Positions 1 to 8,858 are shown, counted from the first letter of the stretch. The stretch is 63,499 nt of DNA from Candidatus Campbellbacteria bacterium (GCA_028817035.1 JAPPQH010000005.1:1-63499); one strand, 5' to 3'. The notes: generated from the letters alone by a model not told the origin. Made by a program: numbers and translations.

Positions 1-80
1 TTGCCGAGCCTGCGAGGCAAGTCAAGCGAGTGGCGAAGCCACGAGCGATAATAAATAGAAGCGAACGAAGTGAGCGACTG
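1..80 (+). repeat. GC-rich two-hairpin interspersed repeat, copy R1 (cut by window edge)
   Basis: TTGCC-GAGCCTGCGA-GGCAA hairpin, GTCAAGCGAG linker, GTGGC-GAA-GCCAC hairpin, CGAGCGATAATAAATAG tail. Related copies at 14149, 34472, 48094, 48231 and 56271 (minus). Confidence 0.8.
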
Positions 81-153
81 AGCCACCTGTCGGGATCGAA
101 CCGACGACCTTTGCGTTACGAGTGCAATGCTCTACCAACTGAGCTAAGGTGGC
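81..153 (-). tRNA. tRNA-Thr (anticodon CGU)
   Basis: Cloverleaf read by eye: GCCACCT acceptor, GCTC/GAGC D stem, loop CTCGTAA, GTCGG-TTCGATC-CCGAC T arm. No encoded CCA. Confidence 0.9.
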
Positions 154-181
154 AGGTTTTTAATATTATAAATCTTTTTTA

Positions 182-631
182 TTAATCTTTCTTTAGGGCT
201 TTTTGTTTGTTTCGCTCTGCCTTCCAACCAGTCAAATTCGCAAAAAGCTGTATGAGCGTGGCAAGTCCTGCGAGCGCCGCCACATAAAGTAGAAAGGTTG
301 TGAAAGGCGTGAGGTAAAACAAAACCACCGAGACAAGTGTCATCCAAATACCAGCGCACCACGGACAAGAAACTATGTCAGACAAGAGTGTCCATAAACC
401 ACCCTTACCGCTGTTTGTGATTATGGAGTTTCTATAAACAGATGTTATGGAGTCATATACAAAAAGCCTTGTGAGTCTGAATGACCCCAAAATTATAATC
501 ACCGTTTCAAACAGCGTTGGAGAATACCAAGAGCCGTTTATAGTAACGAGATAAAAAACTATATACGATACGAGTATAAAAACAATGAAAAAAACAAGCG
601 ACCACCATCCGTATTTTGAGTCTCTTTTCAT
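182..631 (-). CDS. DUF1360-like integral membrane protein
   Basis: 149-aa ORF with several hydrophobic helices and a CPWCxGxW motif typical of DUF1360. Confidence 0.6.
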   Translation of the reverse strand: MKRDSKYGWWSLVFFIVFILVSYIVFYLVTINGSWYSPTLFETVIIILGSFRLTRLFVYDSITSVYRNSIITNSGKGGLWTLLSDIVSCPWCAGIWMTLVSVVLFYLTPFTTFLLYVAALAGLATLIQLFANLTGWKAERNKQKALKKD

Positions 632-726
632 ACTTTCAATATATGAGAGTTATCAAATTTTGTCAATGTCAAAGAAATCACCCGTCCGAGAGGCTCGGAC
701 GGGTGTATGTGCTAAGCAACGAGTTG

Positions 727-1641
727 TTACTCAACAAGGGAAACGGGAACGGAGAGTATGCCTTCAAGAACTTTGCCATCTATGGAGCAGTTGGAGTATT
801 CGACATCATTTTCAAGTGCCACAAACTCAACAACGCCATTCATGTAGATTTCGATTTCCTTGATTCCAGAAGCAATCATCCTTGGGACGATATCATTGGT
901 ACTACCACCAAGGACTCCATATCCTCCTAAGCCCTTCTTTTCCCAGCATTTGTTGTCGATGAGGTTCTTCAGCTCCTTTGCTTGGTTTTCAAAACCATTC
1001 TCTTTGCCGATACGACCTCCATTTTTGTGTACAGAAGTGCAGCAGTCAGCATCCGTTATGACTACCTGACCATTTGCGTGGAACCAACAACCCATGTATC
1101 CTTCCTTCAAGAGCAGTTCCGCCAAGCGATATGCTTCTTCCAGCATTTCTTCTTCAGACAAAGGGTTTTTCTTCCATTTCCCAGCCATCAGAAGTTTGTG
1201 GATTTTCTTCATCTTGGCTCTGTTTTTTCTTTCGCTCTCTGCCTCTTTGTACATAGCCTCAGTCGGGTCCACTCCATGCTTCTTGCAAAAGGCGATTATC
1301 TCGGATTCTTCCATCTTAACAATCGGCAAGGTTTTCAGCGGAATGATTTCCACTTCATCCGACTCAGAACCCTCGCTGATGGCAGCATGCCCAAAGTGTG
1401 TTTTTGTGTCTTCCTTGCCACTACCCTCAATGACTTGCTTGTTGGTTTTGTTGGACTGGTCTACCGAATCAGAGGGTGTAGAAAACATGACCTGTATGGA
1501 CAGTTGCTTTTTGTGCCATTCAGAATCCTTATCCGTAAGATACCGTTTGACGACATCCCCTCCGTGACCATGCTTTTTGAAGAAAGCACTGAGTTGTTCT
1601 TGTGTCATCTTGATTGTTCCTGGTGCAGAACATAACATCAT
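727..1641 (-). CDS. Hypothetical protein (304 aa), SD-led, visibly GC-richer
   Basis: ATGATG start preceded by AAAAGGAGGTG. TGGTATAAT extended -10 at 1700-1708. Two GAACAATTC direct repeats in the leader. No recognisable domain. Confidence 0.6.
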   Translation of the reverse strand: MMLCSAPGTIKMTQEQLSAFFKKHGHGGDVVKRYLTDKDSEWHKKQLSIQVMFSTPSDSVDQSNKTNKQVIEGSGKEDTKTHFGHAAISEGSESDEVEIIPLKTLPIVKMEESEIIAFCKKHGVDPTEAMYKEAESERKNRAKMKKIHKLLMAGKWKKNPLSEEEMLEEAYRLAELLLKEGYMGCWFHANGQVVITDADCCTSVHKNGGRIGKENGFENQAKELKNLIDNKCWEKKGLGGYGVLGGSTNDIVPRMIASGIKEIEIYMNGVVEFVALENDVEYSNCSIDGKVLEGILSVPVSLVE

Positions 1642-1733
1642 AACAAACACCTCCTTTTTTCTAAGAACAATTCCTCTGAACAATTCAAAGGATTCCAACC
1701 TCATTATACCAAAAAATTTCCAGAAGTAAACAA

Positions 1734-1770
1734 GCAAAGACCCCGCGGAGAACGGGGTCTTTGCTTTTTA
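1734..1770 (-). terminator. GC-rich hairpin between the surface-protein gene and the 727-1641 gene (possibly bidirectional)
   Basis: GCAAAGACCCC / GGGGTCTTTGC 11-bp stem. The T run is on the plus side and the minus side is only moderately U-rich. Confidence 0.5.
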
Positions 1771-1839
1771 ACGCGCGTTTGTTTTGGGGAGAAACCAAGG
1801 TGGCCACACATGGCTCCTCCTCTTCCCTATCTTTCTTGT

Positions 1840-4584
1840 TTATTTAACAAGAAAGTATTCTTGCGCTGCTCGGTCAATTAATTCGTTTAATCTCTCAAGC
1901 AGACTTTTGTTTTCGCTAAGTCCAACTCGCCTTACTCCTCCGCCCACGATCTTTTTAGACCGAGTTGTAGAGCTTGTTTTACTTTTGCGTTTGTTTTTGA
2001 CTTTTTCGTCTGCGGAAGAATCACCGAAGTGTTTCTTGTACACTTTGTCAAAGTGTTTTGCAGATATAGGACCGAATACTCCTGTTGAAGGAATACCGAA
2101 CCTTTTTTGACATTTGACTAATGCTCTCTTTGTGAGTGGACCAAAGTATGTGGTTTCCTCACCTTCTGAGCCGTATCCTTCCTCTGCAACCGTACAACCT
2201 TCAATGTTGAGTAGTTGCTGTAGAAGTTTGACATCTTCGCCATAGACACCTTCAAGCAAGCAACGATCAAATACTTCTGAGTGTGGGAATTCATCCCTAA
2301 CTACTGGGGTAGATGGTCTGCTTGGTGTAAGTGGTCTTGGTTTAACGACTTGAGGGGGAACTACTGGTGCTACAGGAGTTGAATAATCCATGCGAGGTGC
2401 ACAAATCCAGTTGAATGGATTTGGTACATCTTCTTGCACACAGTCGTGTCCTCTTCCGCCTCCGCCTCGTCTGGTTGGTCTCCTATCATCACCTCCTCCT
2501 GTGACTATTCCGACATTAATTCCTGGAGTAGATGTTGTAGGATTTGGATCTGGATTTGGGTTTGGGTTTGGGTTAGGATTTGGGTTGGGATTTGGGTTTG
2601 GCGTAACTCCGCCTCCGCCGCCTCCGCCGCCGCCTCCACCTCCGCCACCTCCACCTCCTCCGGTAGAAGCTTGGATTGTGCTTGTGACTGGCGTTGAGAC
2701 ATTGTTTGCAGCTGAGTTGTCAGTTGCTCTGGCACAGATTTGTTGTTCTGACGATGTTCTTGTAACAGTAACAGTTGCAGTCCTTGTGGTACTTGCTGAA
2801 GTGCCTGAAAGACCTGAAACTGCTGTGTAACCTGTTGTTCCACAACTTGCTGATGAAGCAATAACTTTGTACTCTGCTGACAAAACACCGCTTGTATCTG
2901 TTGCAGTAATCGCTACGCTTGCCTGAGTATTACTTGGCAATGTAACAATTAATCCAACTTGTGGTGCGTCAGTGTCTGCTGTGCCTCCGCCTCCACCTGA
3001 AGTAGAAGCTTGGATTGTGCTTGTGACTGGCGTTGAGACATTGTTTGCAGCTGAGTTGTCAGTTGCTCTGGCACAGATTTGTTGTTCTGACGATGTTCTT
3101 GTAACAGTAACAGTTGCAGTCCTTGTGGTACTTGCTGAAGTGCCTGAAAGACCTGAAACTGCTGTGTAACCTGTTGTTCCACAACTTGCTGATGAAGCAA
3201 TAACTTTGTACTCTGCTGACAAAACACCGCTTGTATCTGTTGCAGTAATCGCTACGCTTGCCTGAGTATTACTTGGCAATGTAACAATTAATCCAACTTG
3301 TGGTGCGTCAGTGTCTCCACCTGTTCTCGCAGGAACGGGAATGTCGTCAATAGCAGGGTTACCTGCTGCATCAATAGACCTCAAACAAATTTTGCTTATT
3401 TGAGCTTGCTGATTAACATCCACCCTTCCAGTTCTTACAGATGTCCCTCTACGAGTTCGGGAATCGTAATTACCAGATAGAGTTATGTCCTGATTGTATG
3501 CTAATGAACTTGCAGATGGACATGCCTGACCTTGCGAATTCACTATTGTGTATTTCGCATCTCTGATACCAAATCCGTTGGTATCTGTTACCGTAAATGC
3601 CAATCTGGACACACCCGGTGACGGTGATGGAAGTGGGGTGTTATATCCGCCAATTACTGGAGGAGTTGTATCAATTCCTCCCAGTCTTCCTGAGGTCACC
3701 CTGTAGTACACATTTCCAGAGTCAGCGGTAAGTCTAAGACAAAAATGCTTGTTGTTGTCATTCTCGCTGTCCTGATGAAGTGTATCAATCTGAGTCTCTC
3801 CACCTGACAATGTTGTAACCACTACTCCTACAAATGAGCTGGTTGAGCTACACTGTGAAGTGCTACTAACCAAAGTATAGCCTGCACTGGTTATCCTTTC
3901 AGAAAACTCTCCACTATTAATTGTAATCCTAGTCCTGGCTCTTGTACGAGGTGTCTGCGGAAGAACGATGTTTATAACAGTAGCATGTGTTCCACCGTGA
4001 ATTCTCTGAGAAGGTGGTAATTGAGCAGGTTGTGCTTGCGGAACTGCTGGCTGTTGCTGTGGCTGTTGAACCTGTTGTGCTTGTGGAACTGCTGGCTGTT
4101 GAGTAGCAGATGGTGACTGGCTCAATTGAGCAGGCACTTCTGGTGTTTCTTCAGCTGGTTGTTCAGTTTCCTCTGCTGGTTGTTCAGTCTTTTCAGCAAC
4201 TTTTTCAGTTTCCTCTGCTGGCTGTTCTGCTGGCTGTTCTGTCTCTTCAACCGCCTCTTCGGCTGGCTGTTCAGTTTCCTCTTGATTTACTTGTTCGTTT
4301 TCAACGATGTCGTCCGCCTCATCTTCTTGTTCAGTTACACCTTGTGGTGCGTCCTGATTTTCAAGAGAATCCGCATCGTCGTTGTCAATATTAGGTTGTT
4401 GATTTGTTTGAGCACGATCGTCCACGCTTCCCACCACAGTCTCTTTTTCTTCAGTTTTTGTTTCTTTAACTTCTGAATTAGGTGCGAGAGGAGCGGGACT
4501 TTGTGCCAATGATGGCACGGCTATTGTGAGTGCAATTAATATACCCACAAAAGCAATTGTCGCGCTCTTTAAATTTGCGCTCAT
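1840..4584 (-). CDS. Secreted repetitive surface protein with C-terminal peptidoglycan-binding (PG_binding_1-like) domain
   Basis: Signal peptide MSANLKSATIAFVGILIALTIAVPSLA, an E/Q/P-rich acidic region, two identical 113-aa Ig-like repeats, G18 and (NP)n tracts, and a C-terminal LLQQLLN...FGPLTKRALVKCQKRFGIPSTGVFG motif. Confidence 0.8.
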   Translation of the reverse strand: MSANLKSATIAFVGILIALTIAVPSLAQSPAPLAPNSEVKETKTEEKETVVGSVDDRAQTNQQPNIDNDDADSLENQDAPQGVTEQEDEADDIVENEQVNQEETEQPAEEAVEETEQPAEQPAEETEKVAEKTEQPAEETEQPAEETPEVPAQLSQSPSATQQPAVPQAQQVQQPQQQPAVPQAQPAQLPPSQRIHGGTHATVINIVLPQTPRTRARTRITINSGEFSERITSAGYTLVSSTSQCSSTSSFVGVVVTTLSGGETQIDTLHQDSENDNNKHFCLRLTADSGNVYYRVTSGRLGGIDTTPPVIGGYNTPLPSPSPGVSRLAFTVTDTNGFGIRDAKYTIVNSQGQACPSASSLAYNQDITLSGNYDSRTRRGTSVRTGRVDVNQQAQISKICLRSIDAAGNPAIDDIPVPARTGGDTDAPQVGLIVTLPSNTQASVAITATDTSGVLSAEYKVIASSASCGTTGYTAVSGLSGTSASTTRTATVTVTRTSSEQQICARATDNSAANNVSTPVTSTIQASTSGGGGGTADTDAPQVGLIVTLPSNTQASVAITATDTSGVLSAEYKVIASSASCGTTGYTAVSGLSGTSASTTRTATVTVTRTSSEQQICARATDNSAANNVSTPVTSTIQASTGGGGGGGGGGGGGGGGGGVTPNPNPNPNPNPNPNPNPDPNPTTSTPGINVGIVTGGGDDRRPTRRGGGGRGHDCVQEDVPNPFNWICAPRMDYSTPVAPVVPPQVVKPRPLTPSRPSTPVVRDEFPHSEVFDRCLLEGVYGEDVKLLQQLLNIEGCTVAEEGYGSEGEETTYFGPLTKRALVKCQKRFGIPSTGVFGPISAKHFDKVYKKHFGDSSADEKVKNKRKSKTSSTTRSKKIVGGGVRRVGLSENKSLLERLNELIDRAAQEYFLVK
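2663..3316. repeat. Tandem duplication, 339-bp period, 315 bp identical by eye (2663-2977 = 3002-3316)
   Basis: I compared the two stretches line by line. They encode two identical 113-aa modules of the surface protein. Confidence 0.85.
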
Positions 4585-4806
4585 AGTAATAATAACTTTG
4601 TTTTTCTTAATTGTTAGACAATAAGACAGTGAAAATATAGAACTGTCTTTGAGATCCAATATAAGATCGTAGAATCTCTAAGAAAGACCATTTGGTAAGA
4701 ACAATAGAAAAAACAAGGTTATTAATTACCTTATTTATGTAAAAGAACAGTGTATCTATATGTTATCATTATTTCATAAAAAAGTCAATAGCCACAGCAA
4801 ATAGGG

Positions 4807-6459
4807 CTATTTTTTGGAGGCAGCAGCCCTTATAAAGCCAACAAACAAAGGGTGTGGGTTGATTGGTCTTGCAAGGAATTCTGGGTGATATTGTGTGCCG
4901 ACAAAAAATGGGTGTATATTTTGATCAAGCGAAAACGCCTCAACGGTGGATTTGTCAGGGGAATACGCAGACATTATGAGCCCTTTATTTTCAAAACGCT
5001 TTATATAAGCATTGTTAAATTCATATCTGTGTCTATGTCTTTCAGAGACATATTGCTTTTTGTATAATTTTCTTAAAAGTGTTTTGTCCTTTACATGCAT
5101 CTTATACGCGCCAAGACGCATGGTTCCGCCATAGTTTTTGTTTTTGATGTTGGACTTCTGTTCCTTCATCGCGTGTATCACTTTATCCCTTGCTTTTTCA
5201 TTTAACTCCTCTGAAGTCGCGTTTCTGATTCCCAAAACATTGCGTGCAAACTCAATCGCAGCAATCTGCATACCATAACATATTCCAAAATATGGTATTT
5301 TATTTTCTCTCGCGTGTTTTATAATTTTTAACTTCCCTTTGACACCGCTATTACCAAAACCGCCAGGAACCAAAATACCATCATAAGAAGAAATCTGTTT
5401 TATCACACTGTTGTGATTCGCGCGCTCAAGATATTTTGAATTAAACCAATCAATTTCCACCTTGACACCAACCGCCACACCAGATGATTTGAGTGCATCA
5501 CCTACTGATATGTATGCATCTGTGAATTTCTCAGTGCTTCCCAAATATTTTCCTATCACTGCGATTTTTACTGACTTCTTTCTTCCCTTTTGAGATGAAA
5601 CAAATTTTTTCCATCGGTTTATTTCTTTATTCTGCCGCTTCCTTTCCAGACCCAGCGTGTCAATAAGAAGATCATCAACTCCCTCTTCCCTTAGGCTCAA
5701 AGGAACCTCATAAATACTTTCTAAATTAGGCGCAGAGATTACGATATCTACATCTATATTAGAAGATCTTGCAATTTTTTCCTTGTGTTTTTTATCTAAA
5801 TCTTTTTCACTACGCGCGATTACCACATCTGGACGGATACCAAAAGTATTCAAATCTCTTATTGCTCTTTGTGTGGGTCGTGTCTTGATATCACCCAAAA
5901 TGGAAGGCATAGGCGAGTAAGTGACAAGTATAAATGCTACCTCATCAGGATAATTCACCTGAAAAGACTTTGCCGCTTCAAGATATATCTGATTCTGATA
6001 GTCCCCTATCGTTCCGCCAATCTCTACAATCTGGATATCCGCCTTAGACTTGGTGGCAGAACGAACTATCCTCTGATATGCCTCATCAACCAAGTGTGGT
6101 ATCGCCTCAACACACCGACCCTTGTATCCAAACGCCCTTTCTTTTTCAATTACACTTTTGTAAAGCATCCCGCTTGTGAGATAGTCATCATTTGTATAGT
6201 TTTTGTTTGTAAATCTCTCATAGTTACCCATATCTTGATCACACTCAAGACCAGAATCAAGAATAAACAACTCTCCGTGCTCAAGCGGATTCATCGTGCC
6301 GGCATCCACATTAAGATATGGATCAATCTTCATAAGATTCACCCTATAGCCACGAGAAGACAGCAAAAGACCTACTGATGATGAAGATATGCCCTTACCA
6401 ATACCAGACATCACCCCGCCAATAACAAAAATATATCTCGTTGTGTTTTTCTTGGGCAT
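4807..6459 (-). CDS. pyrG: CTP synthase
   Basis: 550 aa. N-terminal YIFVIGGVMSGIGKG synthetase motif and a C-terminal glutamine amidotransferase domain (GICYGMQ, HRHRYE). Confidence 0.95.
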   Translation of the reverse strand: MPKKNTTRYIFVIGGVMSGIGKGISSSSVGLLLSSRGYRVNLMKIDPYLNVDAGTMNPLEHGELFILDSGLECDQDMGNYERFTNKNYTNDDYLTSGMLYKSVIEKERAFGYKGRCVEAIPHLVDEAYQRIVRSATKSKADIQIVEIGGTIGDYQNQIYLEAAKSFQVNYPDEVAFILVTYSPMPSILGDIKTRPTQRAIRDLNTFGIRPDVVIARSEKDLDKKHKEKIARSSNIDVDIVISAPNLESIYEVPLSLREEGVDDLLIDTLGLERKRQNKEINRWKKFVSSQKGRKKSVKIAVIGKYLGSTEKFTDAYISVGDALKSSGVAVGVKVEIDWFNSKYLERANHNSVIKQISSYDGILVPGGFGNSGVKGKLKIIKHARENKIPYFGICYGMQIAAIEFARNVLGIRNATSEELNEKARDKVIHAMKEQKSNIKNKNYGGTMRLGAYKMHVKDKTLLRKLYKKQYVSERHRHRYEFNNAYIKRFENKGLIMSAYSPDKSTVEAFSLDQNIHPFFVGTQYHPEFLARPINPHPLFVGFIRAAASKK

Positions 6460-6466
6460 AAAATTT

Positions 6467-7399
6467 TTATTTTATATATTTCCTTACTGCGATTATGCTT
6501 GATATACAGCCGACAATCACGCCTATGAGAAGCAATATACCAAATACAAATAATGAGTTTGTTGAGTAATATGAAACCAACCCCTCACCGCCAAAGAAAT
6601 TTTGTGTTATCGTGTTTGCCCACAATGAGAAAAAGTAAAGCGCAATCATTGCTATAAACGAACCAAACACTCCATACAACAAACCCTCAATTATAAAAGG
6701 ACCTTGACTATAAAATCTTCCTGTCCCAACCAACCCCATAACCGCAATTTCATCCTTGCTTGAATACACAGTGAGGCGAACAGTAAGATAATTTATAATC
6801 AAAGCAACAATAACAAGTATTAAAATTATTACCGTCATAATAAGGTCGCTTGTGTCTATTATGTTTGAAAGTCGCTGTATCACTATCTGATTCTGATCCT
6901 CAAAATAATCTATCTTGTCTATCACCGTTTCCTTGTCGTCTGAGAAAAGATCTTTATTTTGTATGCTCTCAGATATGCTTTCATAATAAGTTATGTCTGT
7001 AGCGTGGACATGCAACCTTGCGCGAAGCGGATTTACTTCAAGTTCATCAAGCCCCTGCAAAAGTTCAGCATCATCTGCGTGTTTTCGCCTGTATTCTGCA
7101 AGTGCCTCATTTTGTGACACATAAGACACATCGCTAACACCATCCAAACCCTCTGTGAAAGCCTTAAAATCATTTATTACCGCCTCTTCAGTTGCTGGGA
7201 CAAAATAAACCGTAACATCAACCTTCTCCCTCACCCTCTCCAAAGCATCATTAAAAAGCGTATTGCCAAGAAGGGACAAACCCACCACAAAAAGCATCGT
7301 CGCCATAACAAAAACTGAGGAAAGCGAGATGAAAGTGTTTCTGAAAAAATTAACAAACCCGTAATGTATTATTCTTTTTATGTTCGTTGAGAATGACAT
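6467..7399 (-). CDS. ftsX: Cell-division ABC transporter permease FtsX
   Basis: 310 aa with an N-terminal TM, a large extracytoplasmic loop and three C-terminal TMs. Immediately downstream of ftsE. Confidence 0.85.
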   Translation of the reverse strand: MSFSTNIKRIIHYGFVNFFRNTFISLSSVFVMATMLFVVGLSLLGNTLFNDALERVREKVDVTVYFVPATEEAVINDFKAFTEGLDGVSDVSYVSQNEALAEYRRKHADDAELLQGLDELEVNPLRARLHVHATDITYYESISESIQNKDLFSDDKETVIDKIDYFEDQNQIVIQRLSNIIDTSDLIMTVIILILVIVALIINYLTVRLTVYSSKDEIAVMGLVGTGRFYSQGPFIIEGLLYGVFGSFIAMIALYFFSLWANTITQNFFGGEGLVSYYSTNSLFVFGILLLIGVIVGCISSIIAVRKYIK

Positions 7400-7406
7400 A
7401 TATCAA

Positions 7407-8090
7407 TTACACGGAGTATTCACCCTTATTATTATCACGGACAACTGAGCCATCTTCAAGTGTTATCACGCGACCGCCAACACTTTTTACAACCCCCTTG
7501 TCATGCGAGGTCAGAATTATTGTATGACCAAGTTTGTTTATTTGTTTAAGTATATCAATAACCTCATAAGAGTTCAGCGGATCTAAATTACCAGTCGGCT
7601 CATCAGCGATTATTATCTCTGGCCGCATCACTATCGCCCTTGCGATTGCCACTCTTTGCTGTTCCCCACCAGAGAGTTGTCGCGGAAAGCTATCTGATTT
7701 TTCTGACAGATTAACAAGTTGTAAAACATAAGGGACATCCTCTTCTATTATCTCATCAGGGACACCACACGCCTCCATCACAAATGCGACATTTTCAAAC
7801 ACCGTTTTGTTTTTAAGCAGACGAAAATCTTGGAATATGGCACCAATCTGCCTCCTGTAATCTATAAGTTCCCCTTTTGAAAGATTGTGTATATCAATTT
7901 CATCTACAAACACCTCACCAAAAGTTGGCTCCTCCTCCGTCAGCAAAAGTTTCAGGAGAGTTGTCTTGCCCGATCCAGAATAACCAGTCAATGTTATAAA
8001 TTCATTATTACCCACCCTGAAAGAAACATTGTGAAGGGCGTTTGTATTGTCATATTCTTTTGTTACTCCTTTGAATTCTATTTTTGCCAT
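7407..8090 (-). CDS. ftsE: Cell-division ATP-binding protein FtsE
   Basis: Walker [18 protein letters not shown] signature and Walker [14 protein letters not shown] lies 7 nt upstream of the ATG, which looks leaderless. Confidence 0.9.
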   Translation of the reverse strand: MAKIEFKGVTKEYDNTNALHNVSFRVGNNEFITLTGYSGSGKTTLLKLLLTEEEPTFGEVFVDEIDIHNLSKGELIDYRRQIGAIFQDFRLLKNKTVFENVAFVMEACGVPDEIIEEDVPYVLQLVNLSEKSDSFPRQLSGGEQQRVAIARAIVMRPEIIIADEPTGNLDPLNSYEVIDILKQINKLGHTIILTSHDKGVVKSVGGRVITLEDGSVVRDNNKGEYSV

Positions 8091-8123
8091 TTCAAGTATT
8101 TTAACCTATTTTATATAGATATG

Positions 8124-8162
8124 TAAATAAAAACACTCCGCCATTACTGGTAAGGAGTGTTT
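8124..8162 (-). terminator. Intrinsic terminator closing the sRNA array, upstream of ftsE
   Basis: AAACACTCC / GGAGTGTTT stem followed on the minus strand by TTTTATTT. Confidence 0.6.
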
Positions 8163-8185
8163 GTAGCCAAAAATTGACTATTTTT

Positions 8186-8293
8186 TGGAAAATATGGGGT
8201 CCTCTACCTTGGTTAAGAGCGACGTGTTGGGTTTTACGCTACCTTTCCTTTCATTCTGTGAAAAAAAAGAACTTTCGGCAAAGAACCCCACAC
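8186..8293 (-). ncRNA. Long-hairpin small RNA, unit A (unassigned family)
   Basis: Promoter TTGACA (8321-8326), 17-nt spacer, TATCCT (8298-8303). The 5' GUGGGGUUCUUUGCC pairs with the 3' GGUAGAGGACCCCAU over 15 bp, followed by a U-rich tail. Confidence 0.65.
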
Positions 8294-8339
8294 AAATAGG
8301 ATATATTATGCCCTTGGGTTTGTCAATTTATTAAAATTG

Positions 8340-8421
8340 TGTGGGTAGATGTGGGGTCCTCTACCTTTAAAACCCTCACGGGCTCACAACAACTTTCAGA
8401 CATCGGCAGAGAACCCCACAA
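8340..8421 (-). ncRNA. Long-hairpin small RNA, unit B
   Basis: Promoter TTGACA (8450-8455), 17-nt spacer, TACCTT (8427-8432). 15-bp closing helix 8405-8419 with 8351-8365, and an internal GUGA-capped hairpin. Confidence 0.65.
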
Positions 8422-8464
8422 CAATAAAGGTATATTATGCCCTTGGTCTTGTCAATTTATTAAA

Positions 8465-8558
8465 ATATAGAAAGTGTGCAGGACCTTCTATAGCCTCGTC
8501 CTTAGTCGGATGGGTTTGCGGGATGAAACCACCCGACGCACAATAAAAAATCCTGCAC
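8465..8558 (-). ncRNA. Long-hairpin small RNA, unit C
   Basis: Promoter TTGACA (8589-8594), 17-nt spacer, TACACT (8566-8571). 16-bp closing helix 8543-8558 with 8476-8491, and an inner 12-bp hairpin. Confidence 0.65.
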
Positions 8559-8611
8559 GAATAAAAGTGTATTAAACTTTTTTTAATTTGTCAAATTTAT
8601 TGAAATTGTGT

Positions 8612-8681
8612 AAATAGAAAATATGGGGTCTCCTACTTTACCGGTTGGCAGAGACGAAATCGGTAAAGCAAAAGACCCCAT
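8612..8681 (-). ncRNA. Long-hairpin small RNA, unit D
   Basis: Promoter TTGACA (8711-8716), 17-nt spacer, TACCAT (8688-8693). AUGGGGUCU/AGACCCCAU closing helix plus CUUUACCG/CGGUAAAG, then AUUUUCUAUUU. Confidence 0.65.
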
Positions 8682-8784
8682 AAGTAGATGGTATGGCTTA
8701 CTTTTTAATTTGTCAAACTGATAAAATAAAGACAGATTTTGGTTTTGTACCAGAAACCAATTCTATGCTATCCTTGTAAGTGAA

Positions 8785-8858
8785 GCGAATGTAGCTCAGT
8801 TGGTTAGAGCACTCCACTGATAATGGAGAGGTCGTAGGTTCAAATCCTACCATTCGCA
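8785..8858 (+). tRNA. tRNA-Ile (anticodon GAU)
   Basis: GCGAATG acceptor, CTCCA-CTGATAA-TGGAG anticodon arm, GTAGG-TTCAAAT-CCTAC T arm. Confidence 0.9.

Noticed and set aside
982-1635. Long antisense ORFs inside large genes (for example 982-1635, 2390-2830, 4126-4476, 40870-41364, 42311-42618, 48804-49162, 60991-61641).
   Set aside because: They lie opposite well-supported genes and have low-complexity or repeat-driven composition. They are typical shadow ORFs.
8186-8716. Reading the four sRNA units as leaderless micro-ORFs (A: 37 codons from GTG; D: 33 codons from ATG; shared MG.F and DPIFS ends).
   Set aside because: Unit B hits a stop after 7 codons and unit C after 18. The shared peptide ends are simply the translated complementary helix arms. 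The G-U-only compensation pattern points to RNA structure.
8100-8760. Possible CRISPR array, because of the regularly spaced repeated segments.
   Set aside because: The units are about 130 bp, each with its own promoter-like element and long self-complementary ends. There are no short identical repeats separated by unique spacers, and no cas genes are nearby.
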